A DNA stretch of 64,000 bases from Octopus sinensis (taxonomy: Eukaryota), in NCBI RefSeq assembly GCF_006345805.1, contig NC_043000.1:111414001-111478000 (forward strand). Direction: 5' to 3'. Numbering within the stretch: position 1 is the first letter of the stretch; the number at the start of each line of letters is the position of its first letter. This document shows, piece by piece, positions 12,755-26,782 of the stretch. The translations under genes and the position numbers were made by a program. Under the pieces are notes generated by a model. The model did no database searches. It was not told the DNA's origin and worked only from the letters and a program-made list of their open reading frames with translations.

Positions 12755-13620
12755 ATGTTTCTTCTGGGAGGAAATTCTGCTGGTGATATGAAATGAAAAC
12801 CCTTAACAGTGTATCACTCCGGCAATCCAAGGGATTTCCTAAATTTAATTTGCCTCATTTAGCATTCAAACAGGAAGATGTCTTTAACAGTGAAAAATTC
12901 TACCTCATTGTCGGTGCTTAGTAAGGCACATACAAACAATTGTAAACACACACACGTATGTATGTATGTATGAAGATATATATATATATAATTATATATA
13001 TTATATATATATATATATATATACAGATAGATAGATAGATAGATAGATATATACTTATGTATGTTGTATGTATGCATGAATGCACATATGTCTCTTTCTA
13101 TGTGTGTATGTGTGTGTATGAATGTGAGTGTACTTTTGAATGTTTTGTGATTATAGTTTTCCAAATTGTTAACTATTTTGATCTTAAATAAAATAGCAAG
13201 AAGCCGCAACTGGGAAAAGAAGGCAAAAAAAGCTAATAATAATAATAATAATAATAATAATATAATAAAAACAATGTGTAGTTTTGAAATCTTTTAAATT
13301 TACCCAATTTTCCGTAAAAACATTTTTTGTAAAGATATATTTCCAACAAAGTCTTGTTTCTTTCGACGATGCACTAAGCCACCCAGTGAGCTTAAATGAT
13401 TTCTCTGATAATGGGAGAGCAGAATATATCCCCAACTGCACGATTTCTTTGATCCAGCCAATGGAATAAATGGATCGAAGTGTGAAAGCTTAATTTAAAG
13501 CAGATTTTCTGAGAAGGATTTCAAACAACTTATAGAAATAATTGACAAGGAGGATAAACCTACTGTTAGAGATTTCTGAAAGAAGTTCAGTGTAATGGAT
13601 GCTGCAGATGACAAAGCTGA
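12755..13620 (+). pseudogene. Tigger/pogo DDE transposase relic split by a microsatellite block
   Basis: MFLLGGNSAGDMK*KPLTVYHSGNPR (12755-) and LVSFDDALSHP..IPNCTISLIQPM..FKADFLRR..VRDF*KKFSVMDA (13340-13610). Confidence 0.85.
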
Positions 13621-13723
13621 GTTTATGGATCGAAGTGAAACACTGCTATTGAAGTAAGGTTTAAACCTCTCCGGTACTTTCTACTTGCTGCTGTAATCAC
13701 TGGCACTTCTTTTCTATCTACAG

Positions 13724-13834
13724 AGACAAAGATTTAGCAATACCCGGAGTCATGAACGGCCACCCACTCAATAGGCTTATGAAAGACCAAATACATACCC
13801 TGAATTCTCTTGAAGTCACAATAAAAATCGACCT
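13724..13834 (+). CDS. Isolated candidate exon (111 nt, phase 2->2); DKDLAIPGVMNGHPLNRLMKDQIHTLNSLEVTIKID
   Basis: Strong acceptor cacttcttttctatctacag| and consensus donor CT|gtaagt; only one frame open; no partner exon confidently found. Confidence 0.45.
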
Positions 13835-14025
13835 GTAAGTGGAAATCTTTCGCCATACATATGTGACCACAAAGTGTCGCTGAATAGGTCACAGACGTGT
13901 GACAAAAGATTTCCCGACAATGGGCATGAGTTAAAATAAGAACAGTTATAAACGAGCAAATAACAAATATATAGTGCGTGTGTTTATTTGACAAAAAGAA
14001 AAATGACCATCCCGAAATACAACAG

Positions 14026-14061
<36 letters not shown>

Positions 14062-14147
14062 ATTGTCCGTTGTAAAAAGCAAATGTACTGTAGTATTCAT
14101 CTGAAGATGTCTCTTATGGACGTGTTGTGCTAAAAACACAATATATA

Positions 14148-14479
14148 TCGGAGGCAGACGAAGACCATCCAAGCACCAGTTGGTGAGAATGTTAGATACA
14201 TTTCTGCGTCACTGAGCATTGTCAGTAGTATGTACTCACAGTCAACCGCATAGAAAACAGTGATTAAAAAAAACCCACTGGTATTTCAAATGGCCGCCCG
14301 GTTGGATGGAAATTTGTTGTATGCAACAGAAACAGTATTTGACCGAAATAGCTATCAGTGTGTCATCTTAGCATGCGATTGTCTGTCTGTACATACAAGT
14401 GACGAAGTCCAACTAGATATAAATGCTACTGCTGGGACGATTAGCAGCTACTGCTGGGGCGATTTTTGTCTACCTCCGA
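14148..14479. mobile_element. MITE with TA target duplication
   Basis: TIRs tcggaggcagacgaaga / tttttgtctacctccga, ta at 14146-14147 and 14480-14481. Confidence 0.6.
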
Positions 14480-14595
14480 TATGTGTGTGTGTGTGTGTGT
14501 GTGCGTGTGTGTGTGTTTGTGTAGAAGGTAGAAAAGTAACACTGGAGTTGATATGTATAAGGAAAATAAGACAAGGTAGAAAATGCTAAAATAAC

Positions 14596-15407
14596 GGGGC
14601 TAATGCAGTTTCGCACCTCTCCTTGAAAAATGCATTTTTTTCGAAAAAATTTTTCAGATTCCTGTTTTAGATGTCCGAAATTAGGAGTATGCAAAAAGAA
14701 AAATGTTAACACCCCCACCCCACCTCACTTCTACCCCTCCCCTTAAAATTTTTAACTTTTTGGAAATTTTTCTCTCCCTATGTTTAAGATGATGGAGATT
14801 CCGAATATGCAAGAAACCACATTTTGAAACTTTTTAATTCAATAAGAATATAGATATGTGTATAAAGATAAAGAGATAGCTAGATATCAATGTCTTCCTG
14901 GGGCTAAAGACAACAGTAACACTGTCTTCTTATAGGACTGTCACATTTAGTTGACAAATATATTTTATGAATAAAGACAGACATAAATAAATAAATGGAT
15001 GAAAAAGTTCAAAATTTAAAGTTGGGGAGGGGGTGAAATTTGAGTCCCTTATTAAACTTTATAACACTAATTATTAAATATTAATGTTTGTTTCTCATAA
15101 AATGGTGTATTTACATTAAATTATTATTTACGATTAATTAAGGCAAACAAGTAAAATGCTAATTCTTTTCACTTTAATCTTTTTGTCTGTATTTAATTTT
15201 TATTTGCATATGTTCGCCAGTTCACTATGATCTCTTTGAAGGAAAACAAAATAAAAGATTTAAATGGTAAAAAAGGAAGGGGGATGAAATTAAACTTTTT
15301 ATTTTTTTGCATATTCATAATCTTTGATATCCAAAATGTAGGAATACGAAAAAAATTTTTCAAAAAACTGCATTTTTCAAGAAGAGGTGCAAAACTGCAT
15401 TAGCCCC
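14596..15407. mobile_element. Non-autonomous DNA transposon with about 120-bp TIRs and 8-bp TSD
   Basis: ggggctaatgcagtttcgcacctctccttgaaaaatgca.. / ..tgcatttttcaagaagaggtgcaaaactgcattagcccc; flanks aaaataac / aaaataat. Confidence 0.85.
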
Positions 15408-15559
15408 AAAATAATTTTATCATGAAATTTCAACAATGACTAAAATAAGGAAAACAATTAAATTGGAGAAAAAAAGTTGAATGAAATGTTTTGTAGATAT
15501 TTCCTTAGTCTTAAATAGGTAAATATTTTCATAGTCTTCAGGTAGTCTGTCTCTTTCTA

Positions 15560-16020
15560 TTCTTTTGTGAATGCCTCCATTCATCTTCCCACATGACCTC
15601 AGACTCAACATGGAGGTCTACACCAAGTGCCTGCAGGAGGTAGTGCTGCCCTGGATCAAGAGGGTGGCTGCTGGAAGATCCTATGTCTGACAACAGCACT
15701 CTGCACCATGCCAAAGACAACTTGCTGTCACACAATTTCTGTGACCACACCACCCCTAACATCTGGCCACCTAACTCCCAAGACTGCAACCCCCTTGATT
15801 ATTATGTGGGCAGCACAGTTGAGTGAGAGACCACTAAAAAAACTCCCTGTAACACGAGAGATGAACTGAAGGCAAAGATTCACCAACTTAAACATCCAGA
15901 AGAGTTGCAGATTCCAAAGCCGTTTGGAGGCCGTGGTTGAGCAAGATATTTTTATGTCATTTTGGTAAATATATCTGTAAAAATGAAATGTCAGTATTAT
16001 TTTCATTTTTGTGTATTTTA
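15560..16020 (+). pseudogene. Tc1/mariner (maT/DD37D-like) transposase C-terminal relic
   Basis: MPPFIFPHDLRLNMEVYTKCLQEVVLPWIKRVAAGRSYV*QQHSAPC..NIWPPNSQDCNPLDYYV. Confidence 0.85.
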
Positions 16021-16175
16021 GATGACAATATATTGTATGTGTGAGTGTGTGCATGTGTGTGTGTGTGTGTGTGTGTGTAGGTATATATGTATATATAGAA
16101 ATATATATATGTTTGTATGTATTCATATCTATCTTTCTATATCTATATCTATATCTACATACATACTATATATAT

Positions 16176-16215
<40 letters not shown>

Positions 16216-17139
16216 TGTATGTATGTATATGTATATTCTTGTAATTGTCATTTTAGTAAATAAATAAGTTGATATAATATAATGTCTAAAAGTTGATGAA
16301 CCGCCTATTGATCCCCTCCATTTTCTTATTGCTCTCTCTCTAAATATGTATATATATATACATGCACACATACACACACATATATATTTACACACGTACT
16401 CATACATACATAAGCATACACTCACACACACATATAGATCACAATTACTCTTGACCTTTGTAAAGGGTCGGTGACTGCCTGGGTCCGAAATAGTATCTGA
16501 TCACGAAATGAAAGCCAAGAAGAATTTCAGTGTTTTGCTATTTGGGACGTTGTTTTAACATCAATAGCCAGAATGATGGGATGTAAACTGTTTTCTCCTA
16601 ATGGGCATCATTTAATCGCCAGACCATAATTTAACAGTTTCTACTTCAGACAGTCTTCCACACCAACTCTGTCTCTCTGTCTCTGTCTCCCACTATCTAT
16701 CTCTCTCTATCTATCTATCTATCTATCTATCACACACACACTCTCTCTCTCTCTATCACTCTGTCTCCCTCTCTTTTTCTCCTCTCTTTCATTATCTTTC
16801 TTTCCATCTCTTTCTCCATCATTCTCTTGCATTGATAACGAGATACACGAAGACATTTAAGCCTGTTATTAACTGAGAGACTGACAACTGTAATGGCTGT
16901 GTTAACAACAGCAACAACTACAAAACTGACCACATTGAAGTGGGATGGTAGCTACTCTCATCATCGTAATTATGATTTCATTGGTCGTCATAGCGATGAT
17001 GGTGCAGCAGAGAATTGCCAATTGCCACTGGAAACCAAGAATACACATCTGATAGACTGAAAGGGGAAATTACATCATTATAAGAATTGGGATATATCGG
17101 CTTTTCATTAAGAATTCCTATAACAGCTGCAAATATCCC

Positions 17140-17143
17140 TTTG

Positions 17144-17181
<38 letters not shown>

Positions 17182-17465
17182 TATATATGTCAATAATAGT
17201 GTTTATGTATACATGCATATATGTATACAATACACACACACACACTTACACACATTTCTATGTAAATATATATGTCTGCATATATATATGCATGTACAGG
17301 CATATCAGCAGAAACAAGAGTAGTTTATAGCTATGCATGTATATATGCATATACATACATTGTCCAACCTATGGCAGTATGTATATATATGCACACACTC
17401 ACATACACACACATATGTAATATATATTTATATATATATATATTACACATATATACTATATATAC

Positions 17466-17514
<49 letters not shown>

Positions 17515-17562
17515 ATATATATTATATATATATACATGCATACACGCACACACACACAGTTT

Positions 17563-17599
<37 letters not shown>

Positions 17600-17626
17600 G
17601 TGTGTGTATGTGTGTGTGTGTGTATG

Positions 17627-17662
<36 letters not shown>

Positions 17663-18046
17663 CACACATGTTTTGTTATGCAGACGTTTACATAGAAATT
17701 AAGATATACTGTTTATAAATGTATGGGTATCTGTAGTCATGTAGATTCATATAATACATGTGTTTATAATATGTATAATATCGTATACGATATAATATAT
17801 GGAGGCAGTGACAGGTGACCAAGACCCTTGGCAATATGCCATGCTTGTGTTGACCTGTCAAGTCAAGTGAGACTGTAGTTGTGGCTGATATTGGTGACAG
17901 ATTAATGGCACATAAAAAAGCACCCACTACACTCTCGGAGTGGTTGGCATTAAGAAGGACATCCAGCTGTAGAAACCATGCCAAATCAGATTGGAACCTG
18001 GTGCAGCCCCCCACCACCACCCTGGTTTACCAGTCCTTATCTATGT

Positions 18047-18118
<72 letters not shown>

Positions 18119-18184
18119 TATATACATACACACATGCACACATAAATGCATGTATATATATATGACATATATATATATATATAT

Positions 18185-18221
<37 letters not shown>

Positions 18222-18420
18222 TGCAAACACACATGCATATATATATCTATGTACACACATGTACACATAAATGTGTGTATATACAAATACACACATGCAA
18301 ACATACACAATATGACATAAATATAAATAAACCCATGCTCACTCATATATAATATATACAGAGGCTGTAAATTATTTTTGTATGTATATATTTCTATATA
18401 TTTCTACATGAATATACATA
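17140..18420. repeat. TA/CA/GA-rich microsatellite blocks
   Basis: Direct reading (RTE fragment at 17800-18015 in between). Confidence 0.95.
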
Positions 18421-18632
18421 CGTATATGTAAAGAATTATATACAATTACGCACATATCTGATAAACAATTGATGAAAACAAGGAATTGTTATGGAAATTC
18501 TCAATCATAGTTACAAAAGACCGCAGTCTGACTCGTATGAACACGTATCAACTTGTATTATCTTGCTTTCTCCATGAGAACTGCATCAACCAATGTCTAC
18601 TCCCATATTATATACACTTCTTAGCATTCATC

Positions 18633-19270
18633 ATTGTCATCATCATCATCATCGTTTAACGTCTGTGTTCTATGCTAGCATCAGTTGGACAGTTCCACCG
18701 GGGTCTGAGAAGCCAGAAGGCTGCACCAGGCTCCAGTCTGATCTGGCAGTGTTTCTACAGCTGGATGCCCTTCCTAACGCCAACCACTCCATGAGTTTAG
18801 TGGGTGCTTTTTATGTGCCACAGGCACAGGTGCCAGGCGAGGCTGGCAACGGCCACGATCGGTTGGTGCTTTTTACATGCCACCAGCATGGAAGCCAGTC
18901 GAGGCGGCACTGGCATTGGCCATGTTCAGATGGTGCTTTTTATGTGCCACCAGCACAGGGTTCACAACTACAATTTCCATTGAATTTTGATGTTGGTGTA
19001 CTTGACTCAATAGGTCTCCTCAAGCACAGGGTCGAAACGGTGTTTCTTTACTTGTCACCTGCACAGGAGTCAGTCCAGTGGCACTGGCAACTGCCGGGTG
19101 CCAATCATCAAATTTGGTTCAATTTCACTTGCCCCAACAGGTCTTCGCAAGCAGAGTTTAGTGTCCAATGAAGGGAGGTTGGCATGGGTGCCAGTCGTCG
19201 GATGTGGTTCGATTTCGAATTCAATTTCGATTTTGATTTCAAATTCATTGCATGGATTAGATGAGGTTCA
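18633..19270 (-). mobile_element. RTE LINE 3'UTR copy
   Basis: Close reverse-complement match to 32330-32970 with (CAT)n tail. Confidence 0.9.
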
Positions 19271-20584
19271 CTGAGAGAGATTTACTCCTGGAAATTAGGT
19301 AAGGTTTGGCAACAGTAAGGGCATCTCCTTAAAATACTGCCTCATATAAGTCTTTGTCTAACCCATGCCAACATGGGAAAATGGATGTGAATCAAGTGAA
19401 CAAATAAACAAACAAATTATTTCATCATCATCATCATCATCATCATCAATTTATGTTTACATTTCTACACTTGTATGGATCAGGCAGAGCCTATCGTGGC
19501 TGATTTTCTACAACCAGATGCTCTTCCTGTTGCCAACCCTTACTTGTTTACAAGCAAAGAAATATTTCCCCATAGCTAAACATCTTTTTTGTAGAATATT
19601 AGGAATGAACAACACTGCTTGTATGACAGTGACACTCATTTATAACTATCACACAATATGAAGACACATACACACACACCCATACAATGGGTTTCTTTCA
19701 GTTTCCATCTACTAAATCCACTCACAAGGCTTTGATGAGCCCAAGGCTATAGTAGAAGACACTTGCCCTGATTGTGATGGTAGTGGTGATGGTTATGATA
19801 ATTATGATGATGATGATGATGATGATGGAATTGGTGGTGGTGGTTATGATATGATGATGAGAGTGCTGTTGCTGTTGAGTGAACGGTCTTTGTCCCAGAG
19901 CTCACAAGATGGGAGAAGTCCGAAACATGGTCCTTTGCTATTTGTAAGAGCCGCAGAAGAGAAAGCAGGTCAACCCCCAACACCGAGAGCATCGACAGAT
20001 GGATGAATGCGCATCCAGGCTCAGCGGTTGCGTAGGAAGTCGGGGACAAGAAACAGGAAGAAAGAGTGAGAGAAAGTTGGAGCGAAAGACTACAACAGGG
20101 GTTCCCACCCACCCCTGCCGGAGCCTCGTGGAGCTTTAGGTGTTTTCGCTCATGCTGTTGCTGGTGATGGTTGTGGTGGTGGCAGTGGCGGTGGTGGTGG
20201 TGGTAAAGATGATGATTGTGATGTTGATGATGATGATGATGATGATAAAGGTGATAAATGATGATTTTTAAAAATATTTTCTACAAAAGCAACGAATGCA
20301 GTAGCATTACAAGGTGAAATTACAGAAAACAGTATGTAGGGGTTGGGGAGTGGGGTGGCCGAGCAAACATGATTATAAAATAAAAAAGACAAAATGAAAA
20401 AAAATGTCAAGTAAAAGAGCAAACCAAAAATAATGGGATGAAGCATCCCAATAGTTGGGTGTGGTGGTGGGGTGGGGGTGAGGGCAGGCAATTATGCAAT
20501 CTTCCAGATTAACCTCTCTATCAAGGGCAATGTCCTCTCCCAGGTGTTCTTTTGTATAATAACACCACCAACAGCAGCAGCAAC

Positions 20585-20687
20585 AGTAGTAGTTGTGATG
20601 GTGGTGGTGGTAGTAGTAGTAATAGTAGTAGTAGTAGTAGTAGTAGTTGTAGTTGTAGTAGTAGTAGTAGTTGTTGTTGTTGTTATT

Positions 20688-20736
<49 letters not shown>

Positions 20737-20938
20737 CAGTAGTAGTAGTAGTAACATTGACAACATCAACAACTGCAGTGATGCAAATAATAATAATAAT
20801 AATAATAATAATAATTATTATTATTATTATAGCAATAAGAATAATAATTCAACTGCAAACAAAAACAACTTATGAGAAAATAAATAACTAAATATATATA
20901 GATAGATAGATAGATAGACACAGAGACAGGTATGTAGG

Positions 20939-21031
<93 letters not shown>

Positions 21032-21055
21032 TGATAGATATAGATATATAAGAAG
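20585..21055. repeat. Compound microsatellite (TAG)n-(AAT)n-(GATA)n
   Basis: Direct reading. Confidence 0.98.
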
Positions 21056-21334
21056 AATATGAAATCAAAATTAAAGAAATTAAAAGCTTTTAGAAAGACA
21101 ATGAAAAAGTATATAAATAGGTGATGATGATGAGGAGGAGGAGGAGCAGGAGCAGGAGGAGTTGGTGAGAATATTGTTCATAGAGGGAAAAGAATAGTCT
21201 TGTAACTGGGGAGTTATTTTATTTCATTTAACTTCATTTTTGTAGAATTTTAGGGAGAGGGAGGGAGAGAGAAAGCAAGAAGAAAAGTAAAGAGAAAGAG
21301 GGAAAGGAGGCAAAGAGGAATAAAACGACATGGT

Positions 21335-21827
21335 TTCTTCTTCTTCTTCTTCTTCTTCTTCTTCTTCTTCTTCTTCTTCTTCTTCTTCTTCTTCTTCTTC
21401 TTCTTCTTCCATTCTTGTTTGGATTTTAGTTCTGCTATTTTTGTGAACTTGTTTCAGTTTCATGTTTTCCAAAGATGAAAGAATCAAAGACTACAAAAAG
21501 CATAGCACATCATCACACACACTCACACGCACACACACACACATGTGTGTATGTGCATGCATGTGTACATATGTATGTGTGCATATGCGTATACACATAC
21601 AATATATATATAATATATATATACACATACATATATATATATATACATATATGTGTGTGTGTGTATATATGTATACACACACACATATATATACATATAT
21701 ATATATAAATTTATATATGTTATATGTGTATATATACTTATATTTATATATGTATGTATATGTACACATATAACATATATATATATTGTATAAATTTATA
21801 TATAAATATGTATGTATATGTATACAT

Positions 21828-21862
<35 letters not shown>

Positions 21863-23115
21863 CATATATGTATGCATATATATATGTGTATGTGTGTGTG
21901 TGTGTGTGTGTGCATAAAAGTTATTTTAAGTTATATATTTTAAGTATGATATAAAATGTCAAGAAAATTTGGTATAACCCACCTTTTAATATTGATTTTT
22001 AACATGGAAAAAAAAATCGTAAAAACAGATAAAACGAAATAAAAAAAAGAAAATGGTAGATGTGTAATAAGCAATGTTGTCTTGTCTTGTTCTCCACAAC
22101 CCACCCAAACAACCACCAGAACAACAACAACAACAGCAACAACAACAGTGACAAACGAAAATAGCAAAATATCGCTAATTTAAATGGTCTATTGATTTGT
22201 CTGTAAGATCTTCAGGTTCGACATGCAGATTCCAGATCTTGACATACGAAACCATTCTGTCTGTAATTGTTGCACTTAATTTCACGTAATATATTCCATC
22301 AGCGTTAGATTAACTGGAATGGTTAATGATGGCTTTGGATTAATTATAAGGAAACAATCAATGAGGGGTATTTATAGAACTAATTAAAGATAACAACCTA
22401 CATACAAAATAGTGTGCGTGCATGTGTGTGTGCGTATGTATGTTTGCGTATGTGTGTGTGCATATGGATCGGTATGCATGTGTGAGTATGTGCATGTATG
22501 TGTGTACGATTGTGTGTGTGACTGTTTGTTTATGGGTGTGTATGCATATGTGAATATGTTCGTGTATGTGTGTATGATAATGTGTGTGTGCACATGTGTA
22601 TACGGGTGTGTGAGTATGTGTGTATGATTATGTGTGTGTGTGTGTCTGTATGTTTATGTGTGTGAGTCTGTATGTTTATGTGTATGTGTATATGGGTTTG
22701 TATGCATGTGTGAGTATGTATGTGTGTATGATTATATGTGCATGTCTCTGTGTGTGTGCAGATGTGGGGTGGGTGGTGGAGCTCTTTTTCTAGTTGGTTC
22801 ATAATTCAATGCTTTAAATTTATGAAGAGAATATGTGTGGATGTGTACATGTGTGTGCTTATAAACACAGACATAAACACACACATGATTATATATGTAT
22901 ATGTATGTGTGTGTGCATGTGTGTGTGTTTGTTTGTGCATATGTATGTAAATATGTATTTGTGTGTAAATATATATATATACATATATACATATATATTT
23001 ATAATAATAATAACAATAATAATAATAAACATTGTGTACAGTGCTCAGGTGTACTACAACTCATGTGTGTGTGTGCATGTATGTATTTATGAATATGTGT
23101 ATGCATATGTGTACA
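21335..23115. repeat. (CTT)n, TA/CA arrays and a degenerate TG-rich tract
   Basis: Direct reading; short unique island at 21940-22400. Confidence 0.9.
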
Positions 23116-23733
23116 GACGTATACATACACTCACAGATTTTGTAATCATCTTTTCTTAATCCTCATGATCATTATCATCATCACCATCATCATCCTTATC
23201 GTTTTCATTTTACATCTGCTTTCCCTGTTGGCATGGGTTATATGGCTCATTACACATTCCAAGATACTGACTATCATTGTCTTGCTTTCCTCTGCCCTAT
23301 AATATTTAGGCCTTTAAGTTTTCTGTCTTTCGACTTCTTTGGAATTTGTAGACCCCTTCATTTCTTTCTTTGTAGTTGTTAATGCTCCCATGGCTTCAAG
23401 CCTTGTTTAGGACCAAATCATTTAGTACAAAAGTCATTCTCCTCCTTATCATCACTCCTTCAAATTAAAACAAAACATGGCACCCGACAAGTATCGTAGC
23501 AGGGGTGGGGTGGGTTTGGGAACATTGGCCCCTGGGAAAGGTTTTGTAGGAACAGCACCTTTGGGTCTGTTGTATAAACTAGTGGGAGTTTGGAGGCTTG
23601 AGAGGGAGAGGTAAAAAGTCAAGGAAGAGCCCAGTCAGCACCCACTCAAGCTACACTACTGCAACCAGTTCTTCTATTATGTCCCTCTTTATGCCAATTT
23701 CTACCTAAATTTCCCAATAGTAAATGACTATGT

Positions 23734-23953
23734 TATGAGGGGGTGCTGAATAGTTCCTGGTTTAATGGGTGTCACAAAATGCCTGGTTGAAGACCCAACC
23801 TTTCGAGTTCTTTTACAGGGTTTAGAAAAACTGAAGGACTGCTGCAATAAGTGTGTGAACCTGAGAGAGGAATATGTTGAATAAATTCATAATCAACTGA
23901 TCCTCCTCTGTTTTCTGTTACCCACAGACAGGAACTTTTCAGTGACCCTCATA
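23734..23953 (+). mobile_element. Mariner internal-deletion derivative (MITE)
   Basis: TIRs tatgagggggtgctgaatagttcctg / caggaacttttcagtgaccctcata, TA ends, internal FLQGLEKLKDCCNKCVNLREEYVE* mariner C-terminus. Confidence 0.8.
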
Positions 23954-24480
23954 TATGGAGTATTGTAAAGGGATTCGGGGAAGGCACAGTCTTTCCATGT
24001 CACACTAGATTATTTAATTACTGAGCAAAAAGAAAACCAGAGACTAAGTGGACATTACTGGAGGAGACTGATGACATCATAGTCTGTATGTGTTTGTGTG
24101 TGTGTATTAGGGAGGGAAGAAGCATGGTCTGGGGTTGTCATGGAGATGATGATGCTGACAACGATAACAGTGATGACACCATCTATGACAATGATGAATA
24201 CGATCATGAAAATGAGAAAGATGAAGACAATGGCAGCTCTAGAAATGATGATGGCAATCATCATAGTCATCATCATCATCATGGGTGAGTGGTAAGGAGT
24301 TTGCATGCCAGCCACATGGTTCCAGTTTCAGTCCCACTGTGTGGCATTTTGAGCAAGTGTCTTCTACTGTAGCCTTGGGCACTGACCAAAACCTTGTCTG
24401 TGAATTTGGTAGATGGAAACTGAAAGAAGCACATCATATGTGTGTATGCATGTATGTATATATATATATATTTACTTATA

Positions 24481-24522
<42 letters not shown>

Positions 24523-25701
24523 ACATTTAATGTGGTTTTAGAGTCAAGTTTTGACTGCTATTTCCAGCGTGGTGGTATCTCTTAGATACCCTAAATTATA
24601 ATTTTAAATAATTATTACCTTTGAAGGCTTTTATTCCCATGCTGGCCACCTGATAAGATCAGTATTTAAATATCAATCTTATCCTTGTGTGGTTCAGCAA
24701 AAGAGACTGACAGAACAAGTACCAGGCTTTTAGGAAAGCAAGAAGAACAATAAGCAGTGGTGCCAATTCTTTCCGTTAAAGTTCTTCGAGGCAGTGCCCC
24801 AGCATGGCCACAGTCTAATAACTGAAACAAGTAAAAGATGAGAGATAAACAAATGGACCATCACCCCGATCAACAACAATCAACAACAACAGCAAGATGA
24901 CCATCAGACATGCATCTGATATGTAGAACTGTGTCTCTCCACATTGATTACTGGACGTTAGCAAATGTCAGTGATGATCTTTATCAAGGTTTTAGACACT
25001 GTAATATCATTGTGCCATCATCATCGTCGTCGTCGTCGTCATCATCATCATCATCGTCATCGTCATCATCATCATCATCATCATCACCATCATTGTCATC
25101 CTTATAATCACCCCACCCCTACCTCCAACATCATCACAATCAACATCAGCACCACCTTGACAAAGACAATATCATCAATCCACCGCTACCACCAACGTCA
25201 TAATCTTCCTCCTCCTCCTCATCATCATCATCATAAATATCACTGTCTCTAACCATCATCTCTGCTATCATCAAAACCATTGAGATTAGTCTTATCGTGA
25301 CAAATGAATTAAAGAGCCCCATAAGTGGTTACATAACCTGATGAAAATAGTAGCCAAATCTTCCTCAAATTACACCATAAAAAAAAGAGAGAGAAGAGCA
25401 TAATGGATAAGGTAGTCATATGCATACTTTGAATGACTGGTAGAGTGCTAATGGACTGGTGGTTAGAGAGACACACTCACGATCTTCTGGTCATAGTTTC
25501 AATTTCTGGACTGGGTGGGACATAGGGTTCTTGAGCTAAACATCTTAGTGGTTTAGTGGTTAGGGGTGGTGGATTCACAATCGTAAGATTGTGGTTTCAA
25601 TTCCTGGACTGGGCAGCACGTTGTCATTTCACGTTGCTCCAGTCCACTCAGCTGGCAAAAATGAATATCCCTGTGACAAACCATCGGCCCATCCTGGTCA
25701 C

Positions 25702-25707
<6 letters not shown>

Positions 25708-25734
<27 letters not shown>

Positions 25735-26395
25735 TATTACTTAACGCCCGTTGTCCATGCTGGCATGGGTTGGACAGTTCGACTGGGGCTGGTAATCTGG
25801 AAGGCTGCACCAGACTCCGGTCTGATTCGGCATGATTTTCTATGGCTAGATGCCTTTGCTAACGCCAAACACTCCAAGAGTGTAATGGGTGCTTTTACCT
25901 GCCACTGGCATGGGCACCATGCTGGGGCACTACTTTAAAGGGTTTTGGTTGAATGAACCAAACCCAGGACTTATTGCTTTTTTGTAAAGCCTGGTACTTG
26001 TTCTATTGATCTCTTTGGCTAAGTTACAGGAATGTGAACACACCAACACAGGTTGTCAAAGGTTAGTGGTTGTGGGGACAAACACACACACATGCATGGG
26101 CGCACAAGCAATGACCGAGACCTTTGGCATTATGTTGTGCTTGAAAAGAAGACCCATCAAGTCAAGCAAAACCGCAGTCATGGCAGATACCAGTGTCACG
26201 CAAATGGCACTTGTGCTGGTGGCACGTAAAAGCTCCCATAACACTCTCAGAGTGGTTGGTGTTAAGAAAGGCATCCAGCCCTAGAAACCATGCCAAAACA
26301 GACTGGAGTCTGGTGCAGCCTTCCAGCTTGCCAACCCTGGTCAAACTGTCCAACCCATGCCAGGATGGACGACGGATATTAAATGATGATGATGA
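25708..26395. mobile_element. Two RTE 3'UTR copies in opposite orientation (25708-25925 minus, 26105-26395 plus) separated by a SINE fragment
   Basis: Same 3'UTR motifs; further short copies at about 5846-5975, 17800-18015, 38570-38745, 38875-39030, 49665-49878, 53885-54080, 57949-58135. Confidence 0.8.
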
Positions 26396-26617
26396 TAATA
26401 TAACAGGCTTCTTTCAGTTTCCGTCTACCAAATTCACTGAAGGCTTTGGTCAGCCTAAGGCTCTAATAGAAGACACATGCATCAGGTGCCACGCAATGGG
26501 ACTGAACCTGGAACCATATGGTTGTGAAGCAGACTTCTTACCACACAGCTACACCTGTGTTTGTTGTATATTCTTTTGTACTCTAGGCAAAAGGCCTGAA
26601 ATTTTGGGGGAGGGACC

Positions 26618-26782
26618 CAGTCGATTAGATCAACCCCAGTACACAACTAGTACTTAATTTATTGACTCCAAAAGGATGAAAGGCAAAGTCGACCTCGGCT
26701 GAATTTGAACTCAGAATGTAAAAACAGATGAAATACCACTAAGCGTTTTGCCCAGTGTGCTAACATTTCTGCCAGCTCGCAG
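26618..26782 (-). mobile_element. Same SINE family, partial
   Basis: ggatgaaaggcaaagtcgacctcggctgaatttgaactc. Confidence 0.8.

Noticed and set aside
14260-14589. 109-aa ORF with protein-like N-terminal part
   Set aside because: Lies inside a TIR-bounded MITE (14148-14479) and runs into (TG)n
16820-17140. Open frames on both strands in a unique-looking island
   Set aside because: No consistent acceptor-donor pair and no recognisable motif
18593-19171. 192-aa ORF (and similar ORFs at 32393-32921, 26193-26657)
   Set aside because: Antisense or off-frame translations of the RTE 3'UTR
22175-22310. Minus-strand frame SNADGIYYVKLSATITDRMVSYVKIWNLHVEPE, beta-sandwich-like
   Set aside because: Only 44 codons, in-frame TAA upstream and no usable acceptor; plus-strand alternatives equally unsupported
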